Shown piece by piece: positions 40,739 to 50,191 of a DNA stretch of 64,000 nucleotides (position 1 is its first letter; each line of letters begins with the position of its first letter). Origin of the DNA: Candidatus Poribacteria bacterium (GTDB taxonomy: Bacteria; Poribacteria; WGA-4E; PCPOR2b); contig OZ242326.1 in NCBI GenBank assembly GCA_965208325.1, positions 2,112,001-2,176,000 on the forward strand. Reading direction: 5' to 3'. The position numbers were made by a program, and so were the translations under genes. Below the pieces are notes generated by a model that was not told where the DNA came from, made no database searches, and saw nothing but the letters and a program-made list of their open reading frames with translations.

Positions 40739-41089
40739 TCACTGCACACGACGTTTAAACCCAAAACCTCGTACCATCAAAAGTTAGTATGAATAACGGG
40801 CCACCAAACGAAATGAACGACTTTGGTGAATTGCGGAGAGGCGGAAGGCGTTTGTCGCTAGGCTTGAAAAAAACTGGGGCTTGTGTTAATATTTTAGCTT
40901 AATGAGGAGTTTTTGTTTTCGGCTGGTTTCGCAGCGCAGCGGTGGATTTCATCGCAGATTATTCTTGTGCGGCGTGAATAGTCACCCCTAGCAACTGTTG
41001 TCCCTTTTTCACACCAACCGCACATGGAATGCTCTCACTAAAAACTTGAGCCACTTCATTTCACCCAACCCAAGGAGGAGGTAATCGAA

Positions 41090-41887
41090 ATGAAAGTCAA
41101 ATTGGCGTTTTTATCCATGGTGTTCGGGCTCGTTGTTATCGGATTGATACTAACCGCGGAAAGCGATGCAAAGATTGTATCCGTTGGCGCATGGCTTTTG
41201 GATGAAGCTGAAGGAAACACGGTTGAAGACGTTTCCGGTAAGGGCATCAATGGAGAGATCCAGGGTGCCTATAAATACGTTAAGGGCCAGTTCGGCGAAG
41301 CGTTGGAGTTTAATGGACGGGACACGCTTGTTCTGTTCGAGAATGACGACCCGAATCAGGCATTTATTCTCCACCGTGACTACGATGTTTCATTCATATT
41401 CTGGCTCCAACCTCTTGATGACAACCATAGATCCATTTTCTGGACAAGAGGTAATGCCGCCGATTCAGATAGATTTAATTTCTATTCAGGCCCTGGGGAA
41501 ACGCTTGGGTTCGACTACCGGGAAGTGGATGGGGCGGTGATACACCTTATCAGCCAAGAGATAGCGCTTCCCCTAAAGGAATGGTCCCATCTTGCTGTCG
41601 TAAGAGCAGGTGACAATTATAAGATATTTAGAAACGGGAATGAAGTCGCGCATAAGACAGATTCCAATCCAAAATTGCCCGAGGCTACAAGCTGGATGAT
41701 GTCGGGCAGACCGAATTTTACTTTTTTCGGGCTTATGGACGAAGTTGCGTTCTTCGACTTCGCTCTGAGTGAAGCCGATATCTCCAATGTTATGAATAAT
41801 GGACTCGTAGAATTTTCCGTGGAGGTTGCTGTACAACCATCAGACAAACTCGCGGCGGCTTGGGCACGGTTGAAGACCAGTAGATAA
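41090..41887 (+). CDS. Secreted LamG/concanavalin A-like protein with a Poribacteria-type C-terminal motif
   Basis: WLLDEAEG, GQFGEALEFNG, WSHLAVV, GLMDEVAFF; ends AVQPSDKLAAAWARLK. Confidence 0.85.
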   Translation: MKVKLAFLSMVFGLVVIGLILTAESDAKIVSVGAWLLDEAEGNTVEDVSGKGINGEIQGAYKYVKGQFGEALEFNGRDTLVLFENDDPNQAFILHRDYDVSFIFWLQPLDDNHRSIFWTRGNAADSDRFNFYSGPGETLGFDYREVDGAVIHLISQEIALPLKEWSHLAVVRAGDNYKIFRNGNEVAHKTDSNPKLPEATSWMMSGRPNFTFFGLMDEVAFFDFALSEADISNVMNNGLVEFSVEVAVQPSDKLAAAWARLKTSR

Positions 41888-41941
41888 TGACGCTTCCGAG
41901 ATTTAATCTAGGCAGCGTATGGCTTATGGTAGGTTTATGGT

Positions 41942-42104
41942 CTAGGGTGTGTTGAAATTTGCGAAACTGTCTGTAATCGTAGGGGATCAACCGAGTGAAT
42001 AGCGAGGGCGATAGTGTTTATCAGGTTGCCTCGCCCATTGACCTACAGGACTCCGATATCGTCTTTGACGTGTGAACAAAGGGTTGGGAGACCCAACCCC
42101 TACG
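41942..42104. repeat. Third, diverged relative of the MITE core, within a GTAG-type REP pair
   Basis: Reverse complement of 41986-42015 matches the MITE core at 26 of 30 positions. The region ends with GGGTTGGGAGACCCAACCCCTAC. Confidence 0.55.
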
Positions 42105-42152
42105 AAGGAACGTGTGTCTCTGCACACCTCTCGATTATCTTGTTGCAGTGAA

Positions 42153-42362
42153 ATGTCAACAGTACCCAGTGTAGAAGAACTGCAATCATCCGTTTCCCAA
42201 CTTTCGGCGGAGGAACTTGCTCGCTTCAGGGCATGGTTTGATGAATTCGATGCCGGCGTTTGGGATGGGCAGTTTGACGAAGATGTGGAATCAGGAAAGT
42301 AAGACCGCCTAGCAAAACGTGCAATTGCAGAATTCCGGGCAGCGAAGTGCAAACGAATATGA
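42153..42362 (+). pseudogene. Putative antitoxin with an internal TAA
   Basis: MSTVPSVEELQSSVSQLSAEELARFRAWFDEFDA..WDGQF..DVESGK*DRLAKRAIAEFRA; TAA at 42300-42302. Confidence 0.75.
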
Positions 42363-42561
42363 ATCACTTCGCGTCACCCTCATCCTGCGAGCGTTATCGA
42401 AAACTCCGGCAAATATTCGAGAGCGAATAGATGACGATTTCAATCTGCTAAAGCGCGATGCGAGACAACCATCCTTACATCTGAAGAGAGCCGGAGGGTG
42501 TTGGTGCGCTAAGGTGAAGAAGGCGCTTGTTGCGATGCTTGAAATAAACCGGGACTTGTGA
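42359..42561 (+). pseudogene. ParE/RelE-like toxin, frameshifted and truncated
   Basis: MNHFASPS...YRKL, then a frame change to PANIRER...FNLLKRDARQPSLHLKR..GCWCAKV; the WFWIG tail is missing. Confidence 0.7.
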
Positions 42562-42714
42562 TAAGATTTCAAGTTAATTGGGAGCCGCTATTTTCGGCGG
42601 ATCTCGCCGCGAAGCGTTGGGTGTCATCTCAAATCACCTTGCGCGGCGTGAAAGGTCACGCCGCGCCGAATGTAACGTGTTACACATATCAATCCGTTGT
42701 CGAAGAGGAGAAGT

Positions 42715-43764
42715 ATGAAACAAATCTGCCGCGTCTTGAGAAATAACCCCTTTTGGGCATTAGGACTACTTTTAATCTGTAGTTGCGACTTTGTTCAAGA
42801 ACTTATCATCTCGGAACCATCAAGCGGAATGGATCCTGGATCGATTCATGTGGCCATGGTGTATCCAAGCGATTGCGTTGGGGATTCATCATATTGTGAT
42901 AGTTTCCATATTGGCGTTAGGACTGCGGAGGCGGAACTTGGAATTAGCCTGACCGAGTTAGACGGCATGGAGAGCGATCCGGCAGCAACAGAGATGGTTT
43001 TGAGAGAAACCGCACAGAATTCAGCCCTCGTTTTAGCGGCAGGTTACCAGATGGGACCACCGCTCGCGCGCGTTGCAGCCGAATTTCCTGATGTCAAATT
43101 TGCGATTTTTGATGTTGTGCTTGACGTTCCGAACGTAGCTTCTATCAACTATAAGGCGAACGAAGGTTCATTTCTGGTTGGTGCGATTGCAGCTTTAAAA
43201 TCAGAGAGCGGAAAAATTGGATATATCGGCGGCGCGGATGTTCCGTTATTACACGAATTTGAAGCCGGTTACGCCGCCGGGGTTCGTGCAATCAATCCGG
43301 ATGCAGCGGTTGCCATTGAATATATCAGCGAGAATGAAGCGGGTTTCGGTCAGCCGGACAGAGCGAAAGAGATAGCGCTGGCACTATATGAGAGCGGCAT
43401 TGATGTTATATACGTCGCTGCGGGCGGATCGGGTCAAGGTGTGCTTGAAGCCGCCCAAGAGCAGGGGAAATTTATCATTTGGGTTGACTCTAACGGCAAT
43501 CATCTCGCGCCCGGAATCGTCTTGACGAGTATGGTCAAAGAGCTTTCGGCGTCTGTCGAGCGAGTCATCGGTGAAACCGCTGACGGCAATTTTATGGCAG
43601 GCGTCCGATACTTCGGACTTGAGGATGGCGGAGTCAGCTATGCCGTTGATGAACATAATCAGTCGTTGCTGTCAGATGAGATTTTACAGACCGTTGAATC
43701 ATTGAAGGCGCAAATCATCGCCGGCGAAATTGATGTTCCGAATGAAGTCTCACTTCCCCGTTGA
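42715..43764 (+). CDS. BMP/PnrA-family substrate-binding lipoprotein
   Basis: Lipobox-like LLICSC, EGSFLVGAIAA, GKIGYIGG, FEAGY, IIWVDS, LTSMVK. Confidence 0.88.
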   Translation: MKQICRVLRNNPFWALGLLLICSCDFVQELIISEPSSGMDPGSIHVAMVYPSDCVGDSSYCDSFHIGVRTAEAELGISLTELDGMESDPAATEMVLRETAQNSALVLAAGYQMGPPLARVAAEFPDVKFAIFDVVLDVPNVASINYKANEGSFLVGAIAALKSESGKIGYIGGADVPLLHEFEAGYAAGVRAINPDAAVAIEYISENEAGFGQPDRAKEIALALYESGIDVIYVAAGGSGQGVLEAAQEQGKFIIWVDSNGNHLAPGIVLTSMVKELSASVERVIGETADGNFMAGVRYFGLEDGGVSYAVDEHNQSLLSDEILQTVESLKAQIIAGEIDVPNEVSLPR

Positions 43765-43923
43765 CGGGACGCGCTGTCGCATCGCTGTAGTAACGGGTTT
43801 GTACGCCGATGGCACAATCAGTAAGTGTCATTGAGATTGGTGAGTACCTCCGACACTGAGTTACAGTTCCATCTGATTTTCCGGGATTATAGAAAATCGT
43901 TTAGTTCAATACGGATTGGCGAA

Positions 43924-44541
43924 ATGAACTTCTTCAATCAGGAACGAAAACTCTTTGGCGAACGGCTTGAACCCGATGCCCCGAATCTTAGCGCGCCGGT
44001 TGCGGCCTCGGAGGAACAGCCGGCTGAAGACAATGAATCTCACGCAGCGGACAACGCGAAACAGGGCACGCTCATCTTTACTAATCGAGCGTGTCTTTTT
44101 TCGCAAGTGGAGTTGAATTCCTTTTTCAATCGCATCTCAACCCAGATTCGCGGCGAGAAGAAACGCGGGCGAATACCGACAGCGGATGAAATTCGCGGTC
44201 GCTTTGAGCAGGGGCGTTGTGTCATGGGTGCCGCTGATTGTCAAGTGTGGGGATATACGTGTATCGTACCAATCACGGAAGAGATCGATGTTCTTGAAAC
44301 AACGATACAGCGGGATTTCCAAAATACCCAACCCGCGAAACAGTTAGTCGACCTCGTTTCGCAGGGGTTGCTGCACCCAGAGAAAACCGCCTTCGCGCTC
44401 TCGTGGACATCTTATACCAAACGACTTTACGGTAAATTGGGCTGGTTACCTTGTAATATTAAAATGCTGGATTCCGGCACGAAAGAAGCACTTAAAACAT
44501 ATGATGAAGTCGTCGAACAATACAACATTTTCATACCCTGA
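43924..44541 (+). CDS. Hypothetical protein, possibly a degenerate GNAT fold
   Basis: Long ORF co-oriented with its neighbours; IQRDFQN..PAKQLV and AFALSW...LYGKLGW resemble GNAT motifs A and B. Start uncertain. Confidence 0.5.
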   Translation: MNFFNQERKLFGERLEPDAPNLSAPVAASEEQPAEDNESHAADNAKQGTLIFTNRACLFSQVELNSFFNRISTQIRGEKKRGRIPTADEIRGRFEQGRCVMGAADCQVWGYTCIVPITEEIDVLETTIQRDFQNTQPAKQLVDLVSQGLLHPEKTAFALSWTSYTKRLYGKLGWLPCNIKMLDSGTKEALKTYDEVVEQYNIFIP

Positions 44542-44607
44542 TATGTGTAAAAGAGAGCCGTTTTGACGAGGTTTAGCACGGCAGTCTTTATTTCCCATTC
44601 CTAGCAC

Positions 44608-45294
44608 ATGAAATCATCCCCCGGTAACCCGCTGTTTAGTTTGGTCGCGGAAAGTGTAGCCTACCAAGACACTGTTGCGCTAAAGAATATCACGCTGCAA
44701 ATCGACAGAGGCGAAAAGGTCGCGCTAGTAGGTCCGAGCGGCGCCGGCAAAACCACATTACTTCGTACACTCTACGAAAGCGTCGAGGGTCAGCCTTCAT
44801 TCGTTCATCAACACTATTCCCTTGTGCCGCAACTCTCCGCATTTCACAACGTCTATATTGGACGGCTCGATCGATATTCCACAGCATACAACCTCTTGAA
44901 CCTGATAAAACCGCAGAAAAAATCTTTGCAAGAGATTGTACCTATCCTGCGCGAATTGGGCATGGATGAAAAGACTTTTGATAAGGCTGGTGCGTTGTCT
45001 GGCGGACAAAAACAGCGGGTCGCTGTCGCACGCGCGATTTACCGGGGAGAGGAAATCCTGTTGGCGGATGAGCCGGTGTCTTCCGTAGACCCTCATCAGG
45101 CAGGCACGGTGATGGAACTCATTATGCAGAATGCAGAGACCGTTGTTGTGTCGCTTCACGCTGTAGAATTCGCCCTGAAGTTCTCACAGCGAATGGTCGG
45201 GCTTCGCGGCGGCGAGGTTCAATTCGATCTGCCAGCCGAGGCGGTGACCCAGATGATGCTTACGGAACTGTATCGCAATGAGAATGCCCATTGA
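44608..45294 (+). CDS. PhnC-like ABC ATP-binding protein
   Basis: GPSGAGKT, HNVYIGRL, LSGGQKQR, LADEPVSSVDP. Confidence 0.88.
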   Translation: MKSSPGNPLFSLVAESVAYQDTVALKNITLQIDRGEKVALVGPSGAGKTTLLRTLYESVEGQPSFVHQHYSLVPQLSAFHNVYIGRLDRYSTAYNLLNLIKPQKKSLQEIVPILRELGMDEKTFDKAGALSGGQKQRVAVARAIYRGEEILLADEPVSSVDPHQAGTVMELIMQNAETVVVSLHAVEFALKFSQRMVGLRGGEVQFDLPAEAVTQMMLTELYRNENAH

Positions 45295-45326
45295 ATTCAT
45301 GACGTTTCAAAGGGAATACTGCCGCC

Positions 45327-46817
45327 ATGTTGAGAACCAGCCTTGTCTTCTTCGCCATTGCGCTGATTGCTTTACTACTTGCAGACCTTGAAATCTCCAC
45401 ACTTCACCCTTGGACCGAACTGAGCCGACTTGCTTGGGGGGCAATCACGCCGGATATTCCTGCCCTTTGGGGTTTTAAATCCGCAGTTCTCAACACAGTA
45501 ATCTTTGCTGTCTGCGGTACGTTCCTCGGTGTTGTGCTCGGCATCGGATTAGCCTTCGTTTTTCGTTTTATGGCTGTCAGGTTGTTCTGCGCATTCATCC
45601 GCGCCATTCACGAGATTTTCTGGGCATTTATCTTCCTGCCTATCGTTGGCTTAAATTCAACCTGCGGCGTGCTCGCCATTGCGATTCCTTATGCAGGCAT
45701 CTTTGCCAAGGTATATGCGGAGATTATTCAGGAATCGGATCGGGGCCCGCTTGAGGGAGTGCCTAAAGGGACTGGGGGTTTGAGCCGTTTTGTTTACGGT
45801 ATTCTCCCGGTCATTTATGCCGATACCAAACACTACACCAGCTACCGTTTCGAGTGCGCCCTGCGTTCTAGCGCTATTCTCGGATTCATCGGACTGCCGA
45901 CGCTCGGATTCCATCTTGAGACAGCGTTTCGAGAAGGTTTGTATTCGGAGGCGTGGGCGCTGCTCTACGCCTTCTACATCTTGATTGCCTCGCTCAGGTA
46001 CTGGCTCAAACCGCGACTTGCCGCACTTTACATTGCAGCGTCGTTCGTGTTGTTGTCAAAGACAATCAACGTGTCATGGGAGAACATCGTCCGCTTTTTC
46101 ACCTACGACATCCTGCCGTGGCCAATGCGCCGGGAAGGTATTCACGACGGATCGCACGACGTTTCGTTTGTGTGGGAATCAATTCCTGGCTGGGCGCACA
46201 AAATTTTCGTTCAGGAGGCTTGGGAAGGTATAGGGAACACCGTAGTTTTGACCCAAATTGTGTTGGTTGGGACTGGCTTATTTGCGCTATTGAGTTTTCC
46301 ATTCGCATGCCGGCACTTCTCGGGGAAAATCTTCAATCGGATCTCGCACTTCGGGCTGATTGTCATCCGCACGACTCCGGAGTACATGCTCGCGTATATC
46401 CTTGTACAGCTCTGGGGACCGTCAATGCTTCCGGCTGTTTGGGCGATTCTTCTGCACAACGGAGCAATTCTTGCGTTCCTGACTAGTAACAACGCCGATT
46501 TGGTCTCTCCCAGAATAGATACGCCCCAGAGACGGATAGACCGGTATTTGTTCGAATTCTTGCCGCGCGTATACGGCCAGTTCCTCGCGTTCCTGTTTTA
46601 CCGATGGGAGGTGATGATGCGGGAGTCCGCCATTCTTGGGATTCTCGGCATATACACGCTGGGATTCTACATTGAGAGCGCAATTTCCGATGATCAGATT
46701 GATAAAGTAGTTCTGCTGATTCTCATCACGGCGCTGCTCAACATGGGCATTGATTCCGTGTCGCAGTTTGTACGCCGGCGCCTTAAGATTTCTACGAAAC
46801 TGGTCACGTCTTCGTGA
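45327..46817 (+). CDS. Duplicated PhnE/PtxC-like ABC permease
   Basis: Two PhnE-like halves (RAIHE...YRFECALRSSAILG; RTTPE...YRWEVMMRESAILG). Confidence 0.87.
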   Translation: MLRTSLVFFAIALIALLLADLEISTLHPWTELSRLAWGAITPDIPALWGFKSAVLNTVIFAVCGTFLGVVLGIGLAFVFRFMAVRLFCAFIRAIHEIFWAFIFLPIVGLNSTCGVLAIAIPYAGIFAKVYAEIIQESDRGPLEGVPKGTGGLSRFVYGILPVIYADTKHYTSYRFECALRSSAILGFIGLPTLGFHLETAFREGLYSEAWALLYAFYILIASLRYWLKPRLAALYIAASFVLLSKTINVSWENIVRFFTYDILPWPMRREGIHDGSHDVSFVWESIPGWAHKIFVQEAWEGIGNTVVLTQIVLVGTGLFALLSFPFACRHFSGKIFNRISHFGLIVIRTTPEYMLAYILVQLWGPSMLPAVWAILLHNGAILAFLTSNNADLVSPRIDTPQRRIDRYLFEFLPRVYGQFLAFLFYRWEVMMRESAILGILGIYTLGFYIESAISDDQIDKVVLLILITALLNMGIDSVSQFVRRRLKISTKLVTSS

Positions 46818-46996
46818 GAGGACTACCTACTGCTTGTCAATAACAACGAATCATTTCGCATTAATTTTCGTTACCGTGTGCGAAGGTGACGATTTCCCTG
46901 TTACGGCGTTTCAGATATTCTTCGCGGTATTTCACAATAATAATGTACATCGCATAACCACTTAACTGGCTTACAATGAAAGGAGAATCGACTTAA

Positions 46997-47689
46997 ATGA
47001 CTGAGAAGGAAGTGCTCGAAGAACTAGAGTCGCTCGGCACAGCGCAGAACCGAAAAATCTATAAACGCCACGGCGCCGATGAGACGGTCTACGGCGTCAG
47101 TTTTGCAAATTTGAGGAAGATGCACAAACGGATTAAGGTCGACCATGCGTTGGCGTTAAAGCTCTGGGCAACGGGCCAGCTCGAAGCCCGCCTCATCGCT
47201 TCCATGATTGCTGACCCAAAGTTGACGGATGAGCCTCTGCTTGACGCTTGGGCGGAGGACTTGAACAGTGGTATGGTTGCCGGTGAATTCGTAGAACTCG
47301 TCAGCAAAACACCATTTGCCCGCGCCAAAATGGAGCAGTGGTGTGACTCGGAAGGCGAATGGACCGGACGCGCAGGCTGGCAACTTCTTGCCCATCTTGC
47401 AATGAAAGACGAAGAATTGTCCGACGAATATTTTGAAAACTATCTTCAAATCATCGGGGAAGAAATTCACTTGCGGAAAAACATGGTGAGGGACGCCATG
47501 AATTCAACACTCATCGCCATTGGGATTCGCAACAGTAATTTGGAGAAACTTGCTCTTGCCGTTGCGGCGAAAATCGGGAAGGTAGATGTCGATCACGGGG
47601 AGACGAGTTGCAAGACGCCTGACGCCGCCGAATACATCCGCAAAACGCTCAATCGTAGGCAGCAGAAGAGGAAGAAATCAGCAGCTTGA
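46997..47689 (+). CDS. DNA alkylation repair protein (AlkD-like HEAT repeat)
   Basis: YGVSFANLR...DHALALKLWATG..EAR; IGKVDVDHGETSCKTPDA. Confidence 0.82.
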   Translation: MTEKEVLEELESLGTAQNRKIYKRHGADETVYGVSFANLRKMHKRIKVDHALALKLWATGQLEARLIASMIADPKLTDEPLLDAWAEDLNSGMVAGEFVELVSKTPFARAKMEQWCDSEGEWTGRAGWQLLAHLAMKDEELSDEYFENYLQIIGEEIHLRKNMVRDAMNSTLIAIGIRNSNLEKLALAVAAKIGKVDVDHGETSCKTPDAAEYIRKTLNRRQQKRKKSAA

Positions 47690-48007
47690 CCGCCTGTTTA
47701 AGAAGGCTCATCATTGGATTAACGCAACGGGGCACAAAAATTATGCGCGGTATGGACCGGTTGCGTTTACGTTCCTGCACCGCGCCAAACGCGTGGAGTC
47801 TGTCATTTCATGGATTTACCGCAACCTCCGATTTGAAAATGTGCTTCCCAAATGCAGCGCTTGACGGCTGAAAAACACGCTAAATAGATTACTATCATTG
47901 AGCCATGAGTTATCACAAAGGATTCATGGCTCATTTTTATATTTTGACTACATTTTATGATATTTTAAATGAATGTGGCGAATATATATGAATATTTGCA
48001 TTATGCC

Positions 48008-48036
48008 TTGACATACATTTATAACTATGTTATATT
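48008..48036 (+). promoter_or_regulatory. Near-consensus sigma70 promoter
   Basis: TTGACA-17 bp-TATATT with an extended TG, in an AT-rich tract. Confidence 0.7.
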
Positions 48037-48234
48037 CTATTCGCAGCAACCCACTGATTCAATCATCACATCAACCTCTAAGATGAAGTTCATCTTGCGA
48101 ATGATATCGGAAAAATGCACATACAGCTATTTGCCGTCCCTTTTGTGATTGATGGGCAATAAAATTAAGGGCGCACCCCTACGATAGCAGGTGTCGGACG
48201 GCAAAACAAAAACGAAGAATTAGAGGAGTTCTAA

Positions 48235-48471
48235 ATGACAGAGATGATCTTGATGCTAGTAATTGTATTTGGAAGTATTATGGTAACAACGCTGGGCTGT
48301 GTCTGGATGGGTACATCTTACTCTTCAAAGAAACGGGGTTTTATAACGGGCGCGTCCGAACGCGAGATAAAGCAACTACATGAACAAGTGGTGCAAATCC
48401 AGCAAGAGGTGAGGTTTCTCCAAAAAGAGGTGAAATCACTCATCAAGATCGCAAAAGGCATTATACAGTAA
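48235..48471 (+). CDS. Small single-TM plus coiled-coil protein
   Basis: GAGGAG RBS, hydrophobic N-terminus, heptad-like C-terminus. Confidence 0.72.
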   Translation: MTEMILMLVIVFGSIMVTTLGCVWMGTSYSSKKRGFITGASEREIKQLHEQVVQIQQEVRFLQKEVKSLIKIAKGIIQ

Positions 48472-48485
48472 GGGAGGGACGTTGA

Positions 48486-48827
48486 ATGGCACTACTGCTT
48501 CTACTGCTTTTTCTAGGGTTGACGTTCTTTTTCGTCATAAAATTTTCAGTGATAATTACAGCGGTGGCGGCTATAATTTTGGGGAGTATAACGGTTACGG
48601 TGCTTGCAATTGTCTGGTTGGCAACATCGCGTTCACTAAATAGAACGGGAAAATACCGGTACACCGGGCAAGTGACCTATCAACAAATACAATCAGATTT
48701 AAGCCAGATTTCTGAGGATTTGAACGGTATTCGCTGGCAGTTGCAAGACATCGCCCCGCGATTACATGATATGGAATTCCTGAAGTATGCGCGGCGAGAA
48801 GACACTGATCAAGGTAATCCTCAATAG
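48486..48827 (+). CDS. Small TM plus coiled-coil protein, apparent paralog of the upstream gene
   Basis: GGGAGG RBS; shares the GSI-VT-L--VW--TS-S pattern with the upstream gene. Confidence 0.72.
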   Translation: MALLLLLLFLGLTFFFVIKFSVIITAVAAIILGSITVTVLAIVWLATSRSLNRTGKYRYTGQVTYQQIQSDLSQISEDLNGIRWQLQDIAPRLHDMEFLKYARREDTDQGNPQ

Positions 48828-48958
48828 ACCTGTCTACTGGGCGGGAAACAACAATCACTAAAACCTTAACTAAAGGCGTGGCAGGGATTTTCACAACAAA
48901 GGTGGACGATTGGACAAACCCGCACAATAAATCGAAATCCGCACGAACAGATTTGCCG

Positions 48959-49183
48959 CTAGGATTGGCGTTTTTCTAGCGTCCTTCCGACAAAGAATAT
49001 GAGGATGCCTAAAATCAACGAACCCATCTCGGCGCCCATCGCTTTGCCTTCGCTTAGTCCATGTGGATTGATACAACCAATATACAAACCTGCCCCGAGT
49101 AATGCCATGCCGATTAGTTCTAGCGTTTTGCCAATAAAAAACACGGCGCCTCCGGGGGCAAACGAAAAATCAAGAATCGGCAA
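48959..49183 (-). CDS. Small two-TM membrane protein
   Basis: Two hydrophobic helices; follows 49198-49908 on the same strand. Start uncertain. Confidence 0.55.
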   Translation of the reverse strand: MPILDFSFAPGGAVFFIGKTLELIGMALLGAGLYIGCINPHGLSEGKAMGAEMGSLILGILIFFVGRTLEKRQS

Positions 49184-49197
49184 TCTTACCCATGGGT

Positions 49198-49908
49198 TCA
49201 GTAAAGACTTTTGATGCTACCCCACTGCATAGCCTTCAGGTTGGTGTCTAGCTTTAGCTTGGAAGTGAACACCAAATCCGCGAGTGTGTTATCTTCAGTG
49301 GACGCGATTGGCGCCCAGCTAATTTTATGGCGCAGACGCCCGCCATCCACGTCGTTATATAAGATGCCAAATCCGATTGCATCATCCTTTTTCGGGGACT
49401 GCCCTAAATTAACGCTCAATTCGCACGATTGTCCATCATCACCCCAAGCTACCATTATGATGGGTGAGTTAGGGTCTGGGTTGTGCTCACCAGCACGAAG
49501 TGTATGATGAAAAACATTGCTTTTGTACCCTGTATGATCTATATCAAGATATATTTCAAGATGGTCTTGGCGAGAGAGTTTTTCCTCATGGGTTTCGACT
49601 AGGTCGTCAGTCAACTTGATCGCGATGTAAAGGAAGCTATTACGCCACACAGCAACAAAGGTGCCTGTGAAGTCATCTGAGTGCTGGTTCCAGCGTTTAT
49701 TTTCGATCGTATCCCACTCCAAATTTCCTAATTCTGCTGCTTCCCAGGCTGGGTCGTCGAGGAACCCATCGACCAAAGGCGCGACCTCCGCTAAATTGGC
49801 TCTGTATTGAAAAGGAAATCCGGTGTCTGGATCGACGATATGGGCAAAGCCGGTACTCGCTATAGTAAGCATGAAAAAAACCGTGAAATGCTGTTTCCAA
49901 GTTTTCAT
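49198..49908 (-). CDS. Secreted CBM9/DOMON-like sugar-binding protein with a Poribacteria-type C-terminal motif
   Basis: P-VDG-LDD-AW, W-NSFLYIAI-L-DD, DHLEIYLD, GFGILYNDVD; ends KAMQWGSIKSLY. Confidence 0.72.
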   Translation of the reverse strand: MKTWKQHFTVFFMLTIASTGFAHIVDPDTGFPFQYRANLAEVAPLVDGFLDDPAWEAAELGNLEWDTIENKRWNQHSDDFTGTFVAVWRNSFLYIAIKLTDDLVETHEEKLSRQDHLEIYLDIDHTGYKSNVFHHTLRAGEHNPDPNSPIIMVAWGDDGQSCELSVNLGQSPKKDDAIGFGILYNDVDGGRLRHKISWAPIASTEDNTLADLVFTSKLKLDTNLKAMQWGSIKSLY

Positions 49909-49953
49909 ATCATCTTCCCTTTCTTTGCAATCAAATTGGAGATCCGATAAGTT

Positions 49954-49982
49954 AGTATACTGTCAAGTAAGTGGGCTGTCAA
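49954..49982 (-). promoter_or_regulatory. Sigma70-type promoter
   Basis: Minus strand TTGACA-17 bp-TATACT, 45 bp upstream of ATG 49908. Confidence 0.7.
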
Positions 49983-50191
49983 GGCAAAATAATTCGATTA
50001 ATTTTGTGTAATGCTGGTTCGCACCCGCGCCATACGCGCGCAGTTTATTCCTCCTCGTATCATACCCTGCCAAAGCGAAGACTATTGCTTCAAATTATTC
50101 TGTAAATTGCCGGCGCGGGTAGTGTACAATCGGTAAACGTTATTTTGAAATTTCAAAATCAAAGGCGCGTTGAACTTAGATTATTACAATA

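Noticed and set aside
48040..48234. Known riboswitch class (e.g. c-di-GMP-I) in the leader
   Set aside because: I could not match a consensus by eye; retained only as an unspecified structured leader.
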